In this document: one piece after another, positions 14,957-15,624 of the stretch
Numbering within the stretch: position 1 is the stretch's first letter
Layout of the letters: each line of letters opens with the position of its first letter
Source: Terrimicrobiaceae bacterium
GTDB lineage: Bacteria > Verrucomicrobiota > Verrucomicrobiia > Chthoniobacterales > Terrimicrobiaceae
DNA length: 15,624 nucleotides
Assembly (NCBI GenBank): GCA_044342325.1
Contig: JBIIPZ010000054.1
Span: forward strand, 1-15,624
Reading direction: 5' to 3'
Program-made: the position numbers and the translations under genes
The notes under the pieces: generated by a model
What the model saw: only the letters and a program-made list of their open reading frames with translations
Databases searched by the model: none
What the model was told of the DNA's origin: nothing

Positions 14957-15612
14957 ATGTGAATCTCTCAAATCCGCTGGAGATCATTCTCCTGCTGCTG
15001 ACGACCTCCATGGTGCCGTTCCTTGCGGCCACCGTGACATCCTTCGCCAAGATCGTCATTATTTTCGGAATCATCCGCAACGCATTGGGCCTGCAGCAGA
15101 CACCGCCCAACATCGTGCTCACCTCGCTGGCCATCATCATCACCTGCTACATCATGGCCCCTGTCGCCTCGGACACTTTTGCCGTGGCCCAGAGCGAGAA
15201 TTTGTCCAGCATCACTTTTGATAACGCGACAGAGAAATTGGGGGAGATTTCCAAACCCATCACACTCTTCCTGATTAAAAACAGCACGATCCAGACGCGC
15301 TTGTTTTTCCTCGAGAAGGCCCGCCAACTCTGGCCCAAGCGATTTGCTGAAAAAGCCACGGAAAATGACTTTCTGATTGCCATGCCGGCTTTTGTTCTCA
15401 CCGAGATCACTCAGGCTTTTAAAATCGGATTCATCATTTACCTGCCCTTCGTCGTGGTGGACCTGATTGTATCCAATGTTCTTATGGCGCTTGGTATTGT
15501 TATGATTTCGCCAACGACCGTTTCGTTGCCCTTCAAGCTCATGCTCTTTGTGCTCTTGGATGGCTGGATGCGCCTGATAGACGGGATTATGTTGACGTAT
15601 AGGATCGGATAA
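14953..15612 (+). CDS. sctR: T3SS export apparatus protein SctR (YscR/FliP family)
   Basis: TSFAKIVIIFGIIRNALGLQQTPPN, PAFVLTEITQAFKIGFIIYLPFVVVDLIVSNVL and SLPFKLMLFVLLDGW. ATG 14953 overlaps the sctQ stop (ATGA), giving 219 aa. Confidence 0.97.
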   Translation: MNVNLSNPLEIILLLLTTSMVPFLAATVTSFAKIVIIFGIIRNALGLQQTPPNIVLTSLAIIITCYIMAPVASDTFAVAQSENLSSITFDNATEKLGEISKPITLFLIKNSTIQTRLFFLEKARQLWPKRFAEKATENDFLIAMPAFVLTEITQAFKIGFIIYLPFVVVDLIVSNVLMALGIVMISPTTVSLPFKLMLFVLLDGWMRLIDGIMLTYRIG

Positions 15613-15613
15613 T

Positions 15614-15624
15614 ATGGGACAGGG
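15614..15624 (+). CDS. Probable start of the next gene (sctS expected), 3'-partial
   Basis: An ATG lies 1 nt after the sctR stop (MGQG...). The identity is inferred only from the conserved sctR-sctS-sctT order. Confidence 0.35.

Noticed and set aside
5943..15612. Interpretation as a flagellar export cluster (fliH/I/J/K/N/P)
   Set aside because: A secretin, an SctJ lipoprotein, SycD and translocators are present and there are no rod, hook or flagellin genes, so this is an injectisome.

Overview
The window is a co-directional (+ strand) segment of a non-flagellar type III secretion system (injectisome) gene cluster. The order is sycD/lcrH-like chaperone (5' end outside the window), sctE, sctB, two DUF2827-like putative glycosyltransferase genes, a YscB/CesT-like chaperone, sctC, sctJ, sctK, sctL, sctN, sctO, sctP, sctQ, sctR and probably the first codons of sctS. 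Core calls (sctC, J, L, N, Q, R, sycD) rest on recognisable motifs. sctB, K, O and the small chaperone rest mostly on position, size and composition. The main surprise is a two-gene putative protein-glycosylation module (GT-B-like DUF2827, plus a divergent DUF2827 fused to a DxD-containing GT-A-like domain) between the translocon and basal-body genes. Other notable points are a needle-length ruler with 13 tandem 57-bp repeats, an SctR whose methionine gate reads GIVM instead of GMMM, a likely internal translation start in sctQ, and sctC abutting sctJ with no sctD/F/I between them. Family assignments come from motif recognition by eye; no searches were run. A Verrucomicrobiota-like host is only a guess.
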